A stretch of 61,895 bases of DNA from Candidatus Heimdallarchaeota archaeon (GCA_030668825.1 DAOVET010000006.1:1-61895); one strand, 5' to 3'. Numbered from the stretch's first letter, positions 29,923 through 40,913 are shown. Notes: generated from the letters alone by a model not told the origin. Translations and numbers: made by a program.

Positions 29923-30993
29923 ATGGCTAATATTACTAATGAATTTAAATTCATAGAGTTACCAACTCTTTTGTGCTTGGGAGCTGATATGCTAAACAGC
30001 CTACCTGAAATCATTGATCGTCTATCATTAGGTAGCAAAGCTTTACTGATTACAGATGATTTCCTGAGATTACGAATAGGAAAAGAAGTAGAAGATATTC
30101 TGTCCGACAGTGAAAATCATAGTGTATATACAAGTACTATTCAGGATAGTACATTAGATGAAGTAGATAAGCAGTTAAGGATACACGAAGAAACCCAACC
30201 CGATTTTGTTATTGGTCTAGGAGGAGGAAAACCAATTGATATCGCTAAATTTGTGGCTTTCAAATCTAATCAAAGATTCATTTCAATACCAACAATTGCA
30301 AGTCATGATGGTGTAGCTAGTTCAAGAGCTTCAATTATAGGATCAGATAAGAGACATTCTATTCAAACTTTACCTCCAATTGCTGTTGTTGCTGATACAA
30401 AAATTCTTGATAAATCTCCTTACAAGTTTACCGCAGCTGGTTGTGGTGATATCATCGCTAAGAAAACAGCAATTAAAGATTGGTTACTCTCTCACCGACT
30501 GAAAAATGAACCAATTAGTGAATATTCAATTGCACTCTCAGATATGACTGTACAATTGATTACTAAGAATGCAGATCTTATTAAAAGTCAAGCTGAAGGT
30601 TATAGTAGGATTGTTGTAAAAGCTCTAATCAGTAGTTCCTTGGCAATGTGTGTTGCTGGATCATCTAGACCAGGAAGTGGATCTGAGCATATGTTTAGTC
30701 ATGCATTAGATACATTTGCTGAAAAACCAGCTTTACATGGGGAACAATGTGCTCTAGGGACAATTATGATGGCTTACCTACACGATTTAGATTGGGAAAA
30801 TATTCGATCAGTTATGCATAATTTAGGTTTGTCGACAAGAGCAAAAGATTTTGGTTTAAAGGATGAGGAAATTATCAAAGCTCTAAAAATAGCTCATACA
30901 ATCCGTCCTCAGAGATTTACAATTTTAGGAAAGGATGGATTAACTCATGAAGCGGCTGTTAATACTGCTAGTGTTACAGGAGTGATTAGTTAA
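29923..30993 (+). CDS. egsA: sn-glycerol-1-phosphate dehydrogenase
   Basis: GLGGGKPID, PTIASHDG, SRPGSGSEHMFSH, LHGEQ. Confidence 0.95.
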   Translation: MANITNEFKFIELPTLLCLGADMLNSLPEIIDRLSLGSKALLITDDFLRLRIGKEVEDILSDSENHSVYTSTIQDSTLDEVDKQLRIHEETQPDFVIGLGGGKPIDIAKFVAFKSNQRFISIPTIASHDGVASSRASIIGSDKRHSIQTLPPIAVVADTKILDKSPYKFTAAGCGDIIAKKTAIKDWLLSHRLKNEPISEYSIALSDMTVQLITKNADLIKSQAEGYSRIVVKALISSSLAMCVAGSSRPGSGSEHMFSHALDTFAEKPALHGEQCALGTIMMAYLHDLDWENIRSVMHNLGLSTRAKDFGLKDEEIIKALKIAHTIRPQRFTILGKDGLTHEAAVNTASVTGVIS

Positions 30994-31042
30994 ACATACA
31001 TTTGAGAATATTAAAAAAGACAATTTCTTAATCTACTTAGAT

Positions 31043-31480
31043 ATGTTGATTTCATTTATACCAAAGGATGTAGCAAAAATAGGCTATTGCTTTATTCATC
31101 AAGGTGAAACACAAACTTGTAAAAACTGCCAATTTATACAAGTTTGCATTGAGCAGCTTGAAATAGGGTCTTCTTATGAGGTTGTAGATGTTAGAGATAA
31201 AGAACATCCATGTTTGATTGATAATGGAATCATGGTTGTCTGTGAGGTACAAAAGATAAGTGACGTAATAGCAATTGAAAAACAAAAATATTTGGATAAC
31301 CTAATAACAACTCGAAAACCTATTAATTGTTCAGAGATATTGTGTGAAAATTATGATTTTTGTGTTCCGATAAAATATACAGAATCTTCAAAAATTAAAA
31401 TTATTAAGAGTATGAAAGATATCAACTGTCCGCTTGGGTATAATCTGGTTTTGGTTGAAGCAAATAAAATAAATAAATGA
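31043..31480 (+). CDS. UPF0179-family protein
   Basis: CKNCQFIQVC, HPC, terminal CP; usual egsA/FKBP neighbourhood. Confidence 0.8.
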   Translation: MLISFIPKDVAKIGYCFIHQGETQTCKNCQFIQVCIEQLEIGSSYEVVDVRDKEHPCLIDNGIMVVCEVQKISDVIAIEKQKYLDNLITTRKPINCSEILCENYDFCVPIKYTESSKIKIIKSMKDINCPLGYNLVLVEANKINK

Positions 31481-31490
31481 ATGAATATTT

Positions 31491-32186
31491 TTATTTCTTT
31501 TCAACATCATAATATTCTATAAAAGAGACCTTATCATACTTATTAGTTATTTCTCCTAAATCTCTTGTAACACCATTTCGAATAAACTGTATATACTCCA
31601 TGAATCTAGTGTCTTTTGGTAATTCTACTTCAATGATTTTTCCTTTAATCTCTATTTTTGTCGAAGCAAAGTCAACTCCAGGTAATCTTTTTTCGAGTAG
31701 GCATATGAACTGCTCTTTAACCTCTGTAACCTTCTTTACAATTTCAACTTCATATACTAAATCCATTCCGGCTAAATCGTGATTAAAATCTACTTTTACT
31801 CTACTACTTGAAACTTTCAAGATACGCCCAATTTGGCCACCAATCTCTGCTTTCATATCTTCCTTCGGTTTGATTTGATGTCTTTGAAACTCTCTTCTTT
31901 GAATCAACCTAATCTGAGAACGATCTCTTAATCCAAATCCTTTCTTTGCTTCAATTTCAATTGTTTTTTTCTGCCCCTCCTTCATCCCCACTAATTCCTC
32001 TTCAAGACCTACAGGTAACCATTTTTTTCCAATTATAAGGGTAAAAGGTCGATAAACCACCTTCTCATCAAAAACATTTTCTTTTTTTGCTATGTTTTCA
32101 AATGTAGTATCAAATACTTTATTGTCTTCTATTGTTCTCCCAGTATAATTTATGTTTACCATATCCCCTTGTTCGAGAGTTGCCAT
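31491..32186 (-). CDS. Long-type archaeal FKBP peptidyl-prolyl isomerase
   Basis: YTGR..KVFDTT, GLEEEL, VDFNHDLAG. Confidence 0.92.
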   Translation of the reverse strand: MATLEQGDMVNINYTGRTIEDNKVFDTTFENIAKKENVFDEKVVYRPFTLIIGKKWLPVGLEEELVGMKEGQKKTIEIEAKKGFGLRDRSQIRLIQRREFQRHQIKPKEDMKAEIGGQIGRILKVSSSRVKVDFNHDLAGMDLVYEVEIVKKVTEVKEQFICLLEKRLPGVDFASTKIEIKGKIIEVELPKDTRFMEYIQFIRNGVTRDLGEITNKYDKVSFIEYYDVEKK

Positions 32187-32271
32187 AAGTTCACCATTAC
32201 AATATTATCCAAGTAGAATCTATGCATTTAGCTATATTTAAAATTCTGCTTTGAAACCTAATATTTTTTGA

Positions 32272-32934
32272 CTATACATTATTCATAAAGGTATTGAAGT
32301 GAATGTTACTTGACTCTTTTCCCACTTTTTTAATAAATTCATTTAGAATGCTACATTTATCTTCAGCTATATTTTTAGTTATCGGGAAATGCATCCTTGA
32401 GGGGAGTTTGAAGAGCTTTTCATCAAAATGAACCAAGGCTTCTTTCATATTAAGCCCCCTCTCACAGCTGAAGCTGATGGTTCTGTAAAGACCAATTGCT
32501 CCTAATGCATCAAGTGCATCAGCATCTTGTAGTATTTTTGCTTCTATTGTCTTTGGAGCAATATTTTTACTGAATCTGTGAGAAATAATAGCTTCAGTTA
32601 CATCTTGTTTTAGCACTGTGAGATTCAAGCCATCTAGAAATTCAACTGCTTTTTCAGCACTTACTTCTGCGTGACACCTTCCATTTATTTCTTCAATGGG
32701 TCTTCCCACATCATGAAAAATAGATGCAATAAGTAATACATCCAAATGTGCATCAAGTTTTGGTGCTAGTTCTATACACGTATTTGTGACTCGGATTATG
32801 TGATCAAATGAATGTGACATTTTATTCTCATAAAGCTGAAATTGATTTTTAACATACTCATGTGCTTTTTGGAGCACTTTCTTTAATTCTGCTAAGTTGG
32901 ATAAAAACTTAAGTTTACAATTTTCTTGTGTCAT
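32272..32934 (-). CDS. HD-domain phosphohydrolase
   Basis: HSFDHIIRV, FHDVGR, LQDADALDALG. Confidence 0.88.
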   Translation of the reverse strand: MTQENCKLKFLSNLAELKKVLQKAHEYVKNQFQLYENKMSHSFDHIIRVTNTCIELAPKLDAHLDVLLIASIFHDVGRPIEEINGRCHAEVSAEKAVEFLDGLNLTVLKQDVTEAIISHRFSKNIAPKTIEAKILQDADALDALGAIGLYRTISFSCERGLNMKEALVHFDEKLFKLPSRMHFPITKNIAEDKCSILNEFIKKVGKESSNIHFNTFMNNV

Positions 32935-32939
32935 TTTTT

Positions 32940-33587
32940 CTACATCTCATATAAATTGTATATCTTTCCTTCTATTTTGAAATCTGGTTCAACCTCTATA
33001 ATCGCGAAATTACCTGTTGTGACAGGGCCTGGGTTAACCACTGTGCATTCATTTAATTTAGTTATAGTTGGTGAATTATGAATGTGTCCTGATATAACTA
33101 AAAATATGTGAGAATTTTTTTCAATAAAATTTCTCAATTCAAGCGAACCAATATGTCGATTCAACGAAACCATGTCTGCTTGTGTATTGTAGGGCGGCAC
33201 ATGTGTAAGAAGACAAACTCTATCGTTTGATTTTTTCAACTTATTTAACAGTTTTTGTTTTAATTTTGGTTTATGCGTTCCGAAGCCTATAACCTTAAAG
33301 AAATCAATTTCTTGAATTTTTGATTCTACATTAATTGCTTTTGTTTCAAGTTCTTCGATTCTAGCATAAGGATCACAATTTCCAATTACATAAAACACTT
33401 GTTTGAAGTAATCAGTAACTGTGTTTAAGATCTGGTTCATATCTACAATGGTACCAAAATTAGTTATATCTCCAGCAATTAAGCAATGTGTTGGTGGTTT
33501 TTTGAGATTCTTAACTGAGTGGAGAATATTGAGCAAAGTGATATTTTGGCCATGGATATCAGATAAAATTAGCATTTTAACTTTCAA
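32940..33587 (-). CDS. Calcineurin-like metallophosphoesterase
   Basis: SDIHG, AGDIT, GNCD, THVPP, GHIH, NPG. Confidence 0.9.
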   Translation of the reverse strand: MKVKMLILSDIHGQNITLLNILHSVKNLKKPPTHCLIAGDITNFGTIVDMNQILNTVTDYFKQVFYVIGNCDPYARIEELETKAINVESKIQEIDFFKVIGFGTHKPKLKQKLLNKLKKSNDRVCLLTHVPPYNTQADMVSLNRHIGSLELRNFIEKNSHIFLVISGHIHNSPTITKLNECTVVNPGPVTTGNFAIIEVEPDFKIEGKIYNLYEM

Positions 33588-33595
33588 GATATCAC

Positions 33596-34222
33596 CTAAT
33601 AATCTAATTCAAGAAAAGCAAATACTCCTGTGTATTGAAAATTCTCTTTTTCAGTATTGAATTCCCAAAGCTCAAATACAATCTTGAGGAAATTAGGACT
33701 AGTGAGTTTACTTACAACTTCAGCATTTACATATAATACAAGTTCAGTTGGTCCCCAGATGTAGTCTCCAGCAAAGAATCCAGTTTCTTTCTTTTCCGAG
33801 TTTGTAGCAGGTGATAAGATTTTTTCAAATGTATCATTTGCATAGAGAAAAAAGGATGATATAGCAGAAATTGGTTGCTGTGAACTAACGTTTTGAGTAA
33901 GTTCTACTACCTTTATTTGCAATTGATAATATTTTGCACTATTCTCGAAATTCTTAACCATAAAATAGACTGAAACATTTTCATAAGAATAGATGTGTGT
34001 TGGATAGTTGTTCGCTTCAAAATTTTCAGTCAAATCATTATACATTAGAAGAGATAGTTCTGAGAATCCATCTGGTTTTTTTTGGAAAAATACACTCGAT
34101 GAAATTCCAATTACAGATGCAACAACAACAAGAATGATTGACAATGATATCATCCTATTTACTTGGGATTGGGTGAGTTTAGATTTGACCCTTTTAATCA
34201 AGCTCTTCTTCTCTCTTGTCAT
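33596..34222 (-). CDS. DUF1616-like extracellular-domain protein
   Basis: Single TM, then FSELSLL, NYP, VKNFE, KIVFELW. Confidence 0.6.
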   Translation of the reverse strand: MTREKKSLIKRVKSKLTQSQVNRMISLSIILVVVASVIGISSSVFFQKKPDGFSELSLLMYNDLTENFEANNYPTHIYSYENVSVYFMVKNFENSAKYYQLQIKVVELTQNVSSQQPISAISSFFLYANDTFEKILSPATNSEKKETGFFAGDYIWGPTELVLYVNAEVVSKLTSPNFLKIVFELWEFNTEKENFQYTGVFAFLELDY

Positions 34223-34743
34223 TTCACATCCCCTTTGGAACCATTATACCTAATCTCAAGCTTGCTGTATTCTTCAAGTTTCTTCTTCTCGTACCAGGGA
34301 TATATTTTACTAATGAAGAGAAAACTAAACACTATTGCCCCTAAACCAGCCAGCACACCCACAAGTGAAAAAATAATTATCTTGTTCTGAGTCTTACTTT
34401 GAATTTTAGAATCGATTTCTCCAATAATAGAATCAAGTTGTAGAATCGCCCCAGTTGCTTTTTGATAAGAAATTGTGAAGTTACTACTTGCATAGTTATC
34501 CTTAGCTTCTTTGATCAATTGTCGTGCATCATCAGTTTGCAGTATCAAGTTGCGAATATCTTCATCATAATTGGAGATTTCTTCAAGTAGTTCCAATACA
34601 TAAGTAAGTTTTTCATCTGCTTCTTGAATGGCTGCAGATGCTTCTTGTTCAGCTTGGCTTTGAGCAATTGGTATTTGATTGTACAATATTGTAGTGGTAC
34701 CGAATACCCACAGAATCAAAATGATTTTCTGATACCTCTTCAT
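34219..34743 (-). CDS. Exported helical protein with C-terminal TM
   Basis: Signal peptide, helical bundle, TM; 4-nt overlaps with both neighbours. Confidence 0.65.
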   Translation of the reverse strand: MKRYQKIILILWVFGTTTILYNQIPIAQSQAEQEASAAIQEADEKLTYVLELLEEISNYDEDIRNLILQTDDARQLIKEAKDNYASSNFTISYQKATGAILQLDSIIGEIDSKIQSKTQNKIIIFSLVGVLAGLGAIVFSFLFISKIYPWYEKKKLEEYSKLEIRYNGSKGDVK

Positions 34744-35414
34744 TTTGTATCACCCTTTTTGAAAATGTTGAATCTAGACAATGAAATAGTGAACTCTAAT
34801 TTCCCTGAGCCTATTAGAATGCGTAACAGAGCAGTTAAGAATAAGATAAAAACCGTAAGAGATCCAATTATTATGACAAACGAAGGTGTTTCCATAACCC
34901 ATATCTGATTTAGTATCAACCCTGAAAAAATCATTATTCCAATATTAATTCCTAAAGATATCAAAATCCGCTCATATTGATCAATTGCTTCATATAATCT
35001 TGGAAAGATAAGATTCGTCATTGTCCAACCTGGTATCAAGACTCCAAATATTCCTCCTACTATAACTCTTAAAAACAACAAAGGTGAGGTTTCTGGAATT
35101 AGAAGTACTGTAATAAAGAAAAGAATGCAAAGACCTAAAATAAGCCAAAATTCGACAGAAAAATAATGCAACTTAAACAAAAAATCTGAGATAGTTTTAG
35201 GTAAGTTTCTAGTAATTTTAGGTGAACCTAGGTGAATAGCGTTTCTTTTTTCCAAATCTTTAATTGTTTGATAGACTTGTTTTTCATTTGCTTCTGTAAG
35301 TTCTAGTGTCCTTTGAATAAGCTTTCTTACAGTTTTAGGTTTTTCTTCTGTAAGAATTTTTTGTATTGATTTTTCGACACTGAAACTTTTGCTGTTATTC
35401 ATGCTTTCGAACAA
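34740..35414 (-). CDS. DUF1616-like membrane protein with N-terminal wHTH-like domain
   Basis: EKPKTVRKLI; LRVIVG..LIPGW, ERILISLG. Confidence 0.65.
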   Translation of the reverse strand: MFESMNNSKSFSVEKSIQKILTEEKPKTVRKLIQRTLELTEANEKQVYQTIKDLEKRNAIHLGSPKITRNLPKTISDFLFKLHYFSVEFWLILGLCILFFITVLLIPETSPLLFLRVIVGGIFGVLIPGWTMTNLIFPRLYEAIDQYERILISLGINIGIMIFSGLILNQIWVMETPSFVIIIGSLTVFILFLTALLRILIGSGKLEFTISLSRFNIFKKGDTK

Positions 35415-35472
35415 CAGAAGTAAAAGAATAAAAAAAGCTTTTGAATCGAAAAAGAAAAAAAATGGGTGTTTA

Positions 35473-36660
35473 TTAAAGGTTTATTTCTCTTTTCAACTCA
35501 TTAATCTTGTCTGTTTTTTCCCAAGTAAATTCTGGTAAATCTCTACCAAAATGACCATAACAAGAGGTTTTCCTGTAAATTGGTCTTTTCAGTTTAAGGT
35601 GCTCTATTATTAAGCCAGGTTTGAAATCAAATACCTTCAGAACTACTTTTTTTAACTTCTTTCTATCCACCTTCTCAGTTCCAAAACATTCAACATTAAC
35701 AGCTAATGGATTTGGTTCTCCAATGGCATAGGCTATTTGTATTTCACATTTATCTGCTAATCCGGACGCAACAACATTTTTAGCTGCATATCTTGCTGCA
35801 TAAGATGCTGAACGATCTACTTTGGAAGGATCTTTTCCTGAAAATGCTCCTCCCCCATGGGAATCTACCCCTCCATATGTGTCTACAATAATTTTTCTGC
35901 CAGTTAACCCTGCATCACCATGAGGTCCACCAGTTACAAAACGACCAGTTCTGTTGATGAAAATCTTAGTTCTATCATCTACTAATTCTTTTGGTACAAC
36001 TTTTTCTATCACTTCTTTTTGAATGCCTGCTTTGATTTCTTCATTAGTGATTTCTTCAATATGTTGTGCTGCAATAACAATAGCTTCTATTCTAAAAGGA
36101 ATATCATTTCTATACTCTACTGCAACTAGAGATTTTCCATCAGGTCTTAAAAAGGATAAAATCCCTTTTTTCCTAACTTCAGTTAATTTTTGTGTTAGCT
36201 TATGAGCTAGAACTATGGGTAAAGGCATGTATTCAGGTGTTTCATTTGTAGCGTATCCATACATGATCCCCTGATCTCCTGCCCCCTGTTCTTCTTTATC
36301 TTCCTTTCTTACTCCTTTGGCTATGTCGGGTGATTGTGAGTGTATGGTGTTAATAATGGCACACCCCCTATAATCAAAACCAATACTAGAATCATCATAA
36401 CCTATTTCCTTGATTGTATTTCTGACAATCTCTTCATAGTTCATGATTACAGGTTTAGTGGTGGTTATCTCCCCACCAATTAAAACTAATCCAGTTGTTA
36501 CAAAACATTCACATGCAACATGAGCATCTGGATCTTCAGCCAAAATGGCGTCTAAGATGGTGTCTGAAATTTGATCGCATATTTTATCGGGGTGACCTTC
36601 TGTTACTGATTCTGAGGCAACAATCTTATAGGAATCCACTTTTTCATCTCTCCAAGACAA
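35473..36660 (-). CDS. metK: S-adenosylmethionine synthetase, bacterial/eukaryotic type
   Basis: [44 protein letters not shown]. Confidence 0.97.
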   Translation of the reverse strand: MSWRDEKVDSYKIVASESVTEGHPDKICDQISDTILDAILAEDPDAHVACECFVTTGLVLIGGEITTTKPVIMNYEEIVRNTIKEIGYDDSSIGFDYRGCAIINTIHSQSPDIAKGVRKEDKEEQGAGDQGIMYGYATNETPEYMPLPIVLAHKLTQKLTEVRKKGILSFLRPDGKSLVAVEYRNDIPFRIEAIVIAAQHIEEITNEEIKAGIQKEVIEKVVPKELVDDRTKIFINRTGRFVTGGPHGDAGLTGRKIIVDTYGGVDSHGGGAFSGKDPSKVDRSASYAARYAAKNVVASGLADKCEIQIAYAIGEPNPLAVNVECFGTEKVDRKKLKKVVLKVFDFKPGLIIEHLKLKRPIYRKTSCYGHFGRDLPEFTWEKTDKINELKREINL

Positions 36661-36754
36661 CTTATAAAATGAAACTTACTTTTGCTTTTTAAATGCTTGC
36701 TATAAGGAAGTAATGTTGTTCTGAACAAAATCATAATAAAATTGAGCAATGCTT

Positions 36755-37408
36755 TTACTCAATTCCCGAACTAATTTGTATTTCATTTAACATATTTAAT
36801 ATTTCTTCCTTGCTTGGAATATCTTCGGAATTATTGCTTTTAGAGGCGAAAATCAATTTTGTAGATAATTGTTCGATTTCACGAAGTAGCATTGGGTTAT
36901 GACCTTTTTCCAATAGAACATCTCTAATTTCTATTAACTGATTAGAAATCTTGAGAAGTTCTTGAGAAATATCTGCACTCTCGCTTATGAGATGTCTAAT
37001 TAAACCAAATCCGTCATTTACTGTAGATATCTGAGGATGTAAAGTTGAATTAAGATGTTTAGCAATCTGACGAATGATCTGATTCTCTAAATCTTCTTTT
37101 TTTGTTTCAGCTTCCCTATATTTTTTCCCAAAAACGACATTAGAAAGGTGTTTTAGCGTATTTTCAAAAACATCTTGTGATTGTAATTCAGGAATTAAAT
37201 GTATGAGTTGTGTTTTGACCAAAACCCGTCTCTCATTTTTTAGCAAATAATTATATTCTTCCTTTGTTAGTTTTTCATCAGCTACGAGTTTTTTGACATC
37301 CTCTCTAAATGTTTGTCTATTTCCCCTGCCATTCCAATAGGACATCTCGATGTGTTCCCGTAACTTAAGTACAATTTCATCCAATGTAGATGTTCTGGTT
37401 GCATCCAT
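36755..37408 (-). CDS. Hypothetical helical protein
   Basis: 217-aa ORF, no recognised motif. Confidence 0.6.
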   Translation of the reverse strand: MDATRTSTLDEIVLKLREHIEMSYWNGRGNRQTFREDVKKLVADEKLTKEEYNYLLKNERRVLVKTQLIHLIPELQSQDVFENTLKHLSNVVFGKKYREAETKKEDLENQIIRQIAKHLNSTLHPQISTVNDGFGLIRHLISESADISQELLKISNQLIEIRDVLLEKGHNPMLLREIEQLSTKLIFASKSNNSEDIPSKEEILNMLNEIQISSGIE

Positions 37409-37534
37409 GTTTTATGTACTTGTTTTATATGTTAATAAGAATTTCTTAAGCTGAAAAGCCAAATCTCGGCTTCGAAGATAAATTTATGAGCAGTGCACAA
37501 CAAATATCAATAACTTATTTACTCGTTCATAGCG

Positions 37535-38266
37535 ATGACAGATACTGTTGGTATATTATTCTGTGGCGGAGAAGGTACTCGAATGAGACCTTTAACTTAC
37601 TATATGCAGAAGGTTATGATGCCTATTGGGGAAGATCAAGTTCCTATTCTAGAGTATGTGCTTAAACATTTCAGGAAACATGGTATTAACGATATAATTT
37701 TGCTGGTGAATTACAAAAAAGAGCAGATACAAGGTTACTTTGGAGATGGCGAGAAACTGGGGATGAATTTGATTTATGTTCCTGATAAACCAGGGCCTGT
37801 GGGAACAGGTACTGCTTTACTCAATGCTCAGGAATATATTGGGGAGAGAAAAATGATAATTTATTATTCTGATATTATAACAAACGTAAATTTCTCTGAG
37901 ATGGTAAATTATCATATCAATCATGGAAAATGGGCAACCATTTTAGCATCTAAGGGTTGGAAAATACGTGTTGGAACTGCTGAAGTTGATACTTCTAATA
38001 AAGTCAAAAAATTTGTGGAGAAACCCCAAATACCTTTACTGGTTAATACCGGAATTAGTATTTTAGATCCAATTGTATTCAATTATCTCAATGAGTTTGA
38101 TTCCAGTACAAGCATTGATTTATCAAAAGACATATTTCCCAAGTTTGTAGAAAATGAGCAGATGTACGCCTATATTCCAGATGATGTGTATTGGGAAGAT
38201 ATTGGTTCTATTGAACGTTATGAAAAACTAGATGGCGAATTTATTACTGGAGTAATGCGGAAATAG
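37535..38266 (+). CDS. Sugar-1-phosphate nucleotidyltransferase family protein
   Basis: CGGEGTRMRPLT, GTGTAL, FVEKP, WEDIG. Confidence 0.88.
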   Translation: MTDTVGILFCGGEGTRMRPLTYYMQKVMMPIGEDQVPILEYVLKHFRKHGINDIILLVNYKKEQIQGYFGDGEKLGMNLIYVPDKPGPVGTGTALLNAQEYIGERKMIIYYSDIITNVNFSEMVNYHINHGKWATILASKGWKIRVGTAEVDTSNKVKKFVEKPQIPLLVNTGISILDPIVFNYLNEFDSSTSIDLSKDIFPKFVENEQMYAYIPDDVYWEDIGSIERYEKLDGEFITGVMRK

Positions 38267-38334
38267 TAATATTTACATTTTAGTATGAAATCTTAAAGGA
38301 AACATTATTATTGATTTGTTAAAAAGTGACTATA

Positions 38335-38727
38335 ATGAAACATAGATTAATGGATTTATTGGCATGTCCAATTGATAAATCATGGCCTTTGAAATTGGAA
38401 ATTACAGAAGAAGTAAAGACATTAGAGAAAATTTCAATCCCTTCGCAAAATGAACAAACTGGAGTTGTTTGTAACTATTATTGCAATTTTCTGCAAATCC
38501 AACTTGTAGAAATAAGTGATAATGGGGAAGAAAAAGTAAAGGAAATTGATGAAATCAAAAAACATGTATCGCTAAAGGATTGTCAAGAATGTTTCAAAAT
38601 TGAAATTCAAAGTGGAAAGCTATATTGTTCACATGACGAAAATCATCAATTTGATATAAAAGAAAGTATTCCCGTTATGCTTACTGAACAACAACTCAAG
38701 GAAATTTACGGGAGAAAAAGAAAATAA
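38335..38727 (+). CDS. Trm112-like methyltransferase activator
   Basis: LMDLLACPIDK..PL, EIQSGKLYC, IKESIPVML. Confidence 0.82.
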   Translation: MKHRLMDLLACPIDKSWPLKLEITEEVKTLEKISIPSQNEQTGVVCNYYCNFLQIQLVEISDNGEEKVKEIDEIKKHVSLKDCQECFKIEIQSGKLYCSHDENHQFDIKESIPVMLTEQQLKEIYGRKRK

Positions 38728-38748
38728 TTTTTGAAATCATCTACTCTT

Positions 38749-39036
38749 CTATGTTTTTTCCTTTGAATCAGGTTTTATCTCTTCATTCTTCTTATTGTCT
38801 GTTTTGTATGTGTGCCAAATAAAATACACTATTTCAATAAGAATACCTGCCGCTAGTAAGACATTAATTATAACTATCTTTGTTCTAAAACTTTCAAAAT
38901 TAAAGAGAAATTTTTGTACAGACAGGAATATTCCATAAGCTACAACAATCAGTAAAATCATTGTAAGTTGAATACCCGCAGCCCTATCAATTTTGTTCAT
39001 CAGTTTCTTAGCTTTTGTCATTTTCTTATTTGGCAT
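38749..39036 (-). CDS. Small two-TM membrane protein
   Basis: Two hydrophobic helices; GGTGA upstream. Confidence 0.6.
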   Translation of the reverse strand: MPNKKMTKAKKLMNKIDRAAGIQLTMILLIVVAYGIFLSVQKFLFNFESFRTKIVIINVLLAAGILIEIVYFIWHTYKTDNKKNEEIKPDSKEKT

Positions 39037-39049
39037 TTTTTCACCTGTC

Positions 39050-40864
39050 TTATCTATAATCTCTCATAAAAAGCTCTTCTATGTATTTTTCATTTAGTAT
39101 AATGATAGTTGGTCTTCCATGGGGGCAGGTGAATGGTTCTTCTAATTCCAGTAACTCTTTTAAAAGCAATTCCGCTCTATCTAATGTAATTTTATCCCCA
39201 GCTTTAATTGATCTTCTACATGCAAAAATAGATATTATCTTTTTTACAAACCCTAAATCTTCTAAATCCAATTTTTCTTTTATCTCTAAAACATTTGTTT
39301 TAAAAATATCAATCATGTCCTTTGCTGTATCGAATTCTATAGTTATGCCCATAATAGATGGAATTGACCGAATTAATATCTCATTCTTACCAAAAACTTC
39401 AATTTCAAAACCAAATGTTTTGAGATTTTCTTTTATACTTTCTATTATTTCAAATTCAGAGGGTTTTAGTGTAACTGAAACAGGCGCAAGTAACTGCTGA
39501 ATTGAGACACTTTTCTTTTTTATTTGTCTAATGTATTTCTCATAGTTTATTTTTTCATGAGCAGCATGTTGATCACATAAGAATAATCCTTCTTGGGTTT
39601 CAGCAACAATGTATGTGTCCTTGATAATCCCAAGAACTCTAATACTCTTCTTTCGTTCAAAGCTTTTTTCCTGTAATTCTATGTTTTTATCTGTTATAGG
39701 AAGAAATTTATCAATTCTCTGTTCCTTACTTTTTACAATCGTATAATCTGGCCTTTCTCTCGGACTTACAGAGACAGGTAATTTTCTCTTTGAAGATTCA
39801 TGACTTTTGATTTCAATCGAAGTTAGAGTTGTTGGTTTGTGCCTTGTTTCAATAACTGTTTCGAATAATTTTAACCCACTTTTTTCTAATGATTCTCTGA
39901 TAGCAGATTCAATTAGTGCATATACTTTAGCTTCATTGCTAAATCTGATTTCTTTCTTTGATGGATGTACATTGACATCAACTTCATCCAGAGGTAAGTC
40001 GAAGTAGAGGAAAATTATGGGATATCTATTATGGGGAACTGCAGTACCATATCCTCGCAAAACTGCGTCAGATATGACTTTATTGGTTACAGATCTTCCA
40101 TTAACAAAGATGTATAGATAGTCTTTGGATTTTCGGGAAAATTCTGGTTTAGTAATAAAACCTGTAACAGTGTAGTCATTTTCTTTCTTATTGATGGGTA
40201 AACAAGCTCTAGCTATATTTTCACCAAAGATAGCGGTAATTTGTGCAATCAAATCACCTTTGGGAGCTGTAAGAATATCCTTCCCATTATGAGTAAGTGT
40301 GAAAGAAATGCTAGGATCTACAAGTGCTAGTTTAGTTACATATTCTGTGATGTGATTGATTTCAGTAGAGGTTGTTTTAAGAAACTTTCTTCTAACAGGA
40401 ACATTGAAGAAGAGATTTTTTACGCTAATGCGCGTTCCTTTCGGCGCAGAGGCTTGTTTGTCTGAAACAATTTCTCCCCCCTCAATTACTAAGTGAATTC
40501 CTAAATCTGACTCTTCTGTTTTAGTGATTATCTCTACCTGAGCAACACTAACAATACTTGCTAAAGCCTCTCCTCGAAATCCTAAACTATGAATTGAAAA
40601 TAGGTCATCTGCATTATTTATTTTGCTGGTAGTGTGCCGATTAATTGACAATCTTGCATCAGTAGATTCCATCCCTATTCCATCATCTATAACTTCAACA
40701 GTTTTTTTTCCCCCCTCTTGAATGTTTATTGTGATTTTGCTACTCTGTGCATCAATTGAATTTTCTACAAGTTCTTTAACAACGGACGCTGGACGTTCAA
40801 TAACCTCTCCAGCAGCTATCTTGCTTATAGTTAGCTTATCTAGTTTGACTATTTTTTTACTCAT
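39050..40864 (-). CDS. mutL: DNA mismatch repair endonuclease MutL
   Basis: IAAGEVIERP, GFRGEAL, DVNVHPSK, DQHAAHEKINYE, ACR, CPHGRP. Confidence 0.97.
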   Translation of the reverse strand: MSKKIVKLDKLTISKIAAGEVIERPASVVKELVENSIDAQSSKITINIQEGGKKTVEVIDDGIGMESTDARLSINRHTTSKINNADDLFSIHSLGFRGEALASIVSVAQVEIITKTEESDLGIHLVIEGGEIVSDKQASAPKGTRISVKNLFFNVPVRRKFLKTTSTEINHITEYVTKLALVDPSISFTLTHNGKDILTAPKGDLIAQITAIFGENIARACLPINKKENDYTVTGFITKPEFSRKSKDYLYIFVNGRSVTNKVISDAVLRGYGTAVPHNRYPIIFLYFDLPLDEVDVNVHPSKKEIRFSNEAKVYALIESAIRESLEKSGLKLFETVIETRHKPTTLTSIEIKSHESSKRKLPVSVSPRERPDYTIVKSKEQRIDKFLPITDKNIELQEKSFERKKSIRVLGIIKDTYIVAETQEGLFLCDQHAAHEKINYEKYIRQIKKKSVSIQQLLAPVSVTLKPSEFEIIESIKENLKTFGFEIEVFGKNEILIRSIPSIMGITIEFDTAKDMIDIFKTNVLEIKEKLDLEDLGFVKKIISIFACRRSIKAGDKITLDRAELLLKELLELEEPFTCPHGRPTIIILNEKYIEELFMRDYR

Positions 40865-40913
40865 AGAATCACAGAAATTTTTTGTATTGAGGTAATTAAT
40901 GCAATGTTTGTTG

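Noticed and set aside
29850-30038. Long head-to-head overlap of the Nop2-like ORF with egsA
   Set aside because: Family similarity starts downstream; TTG at 29849 removes the overlap
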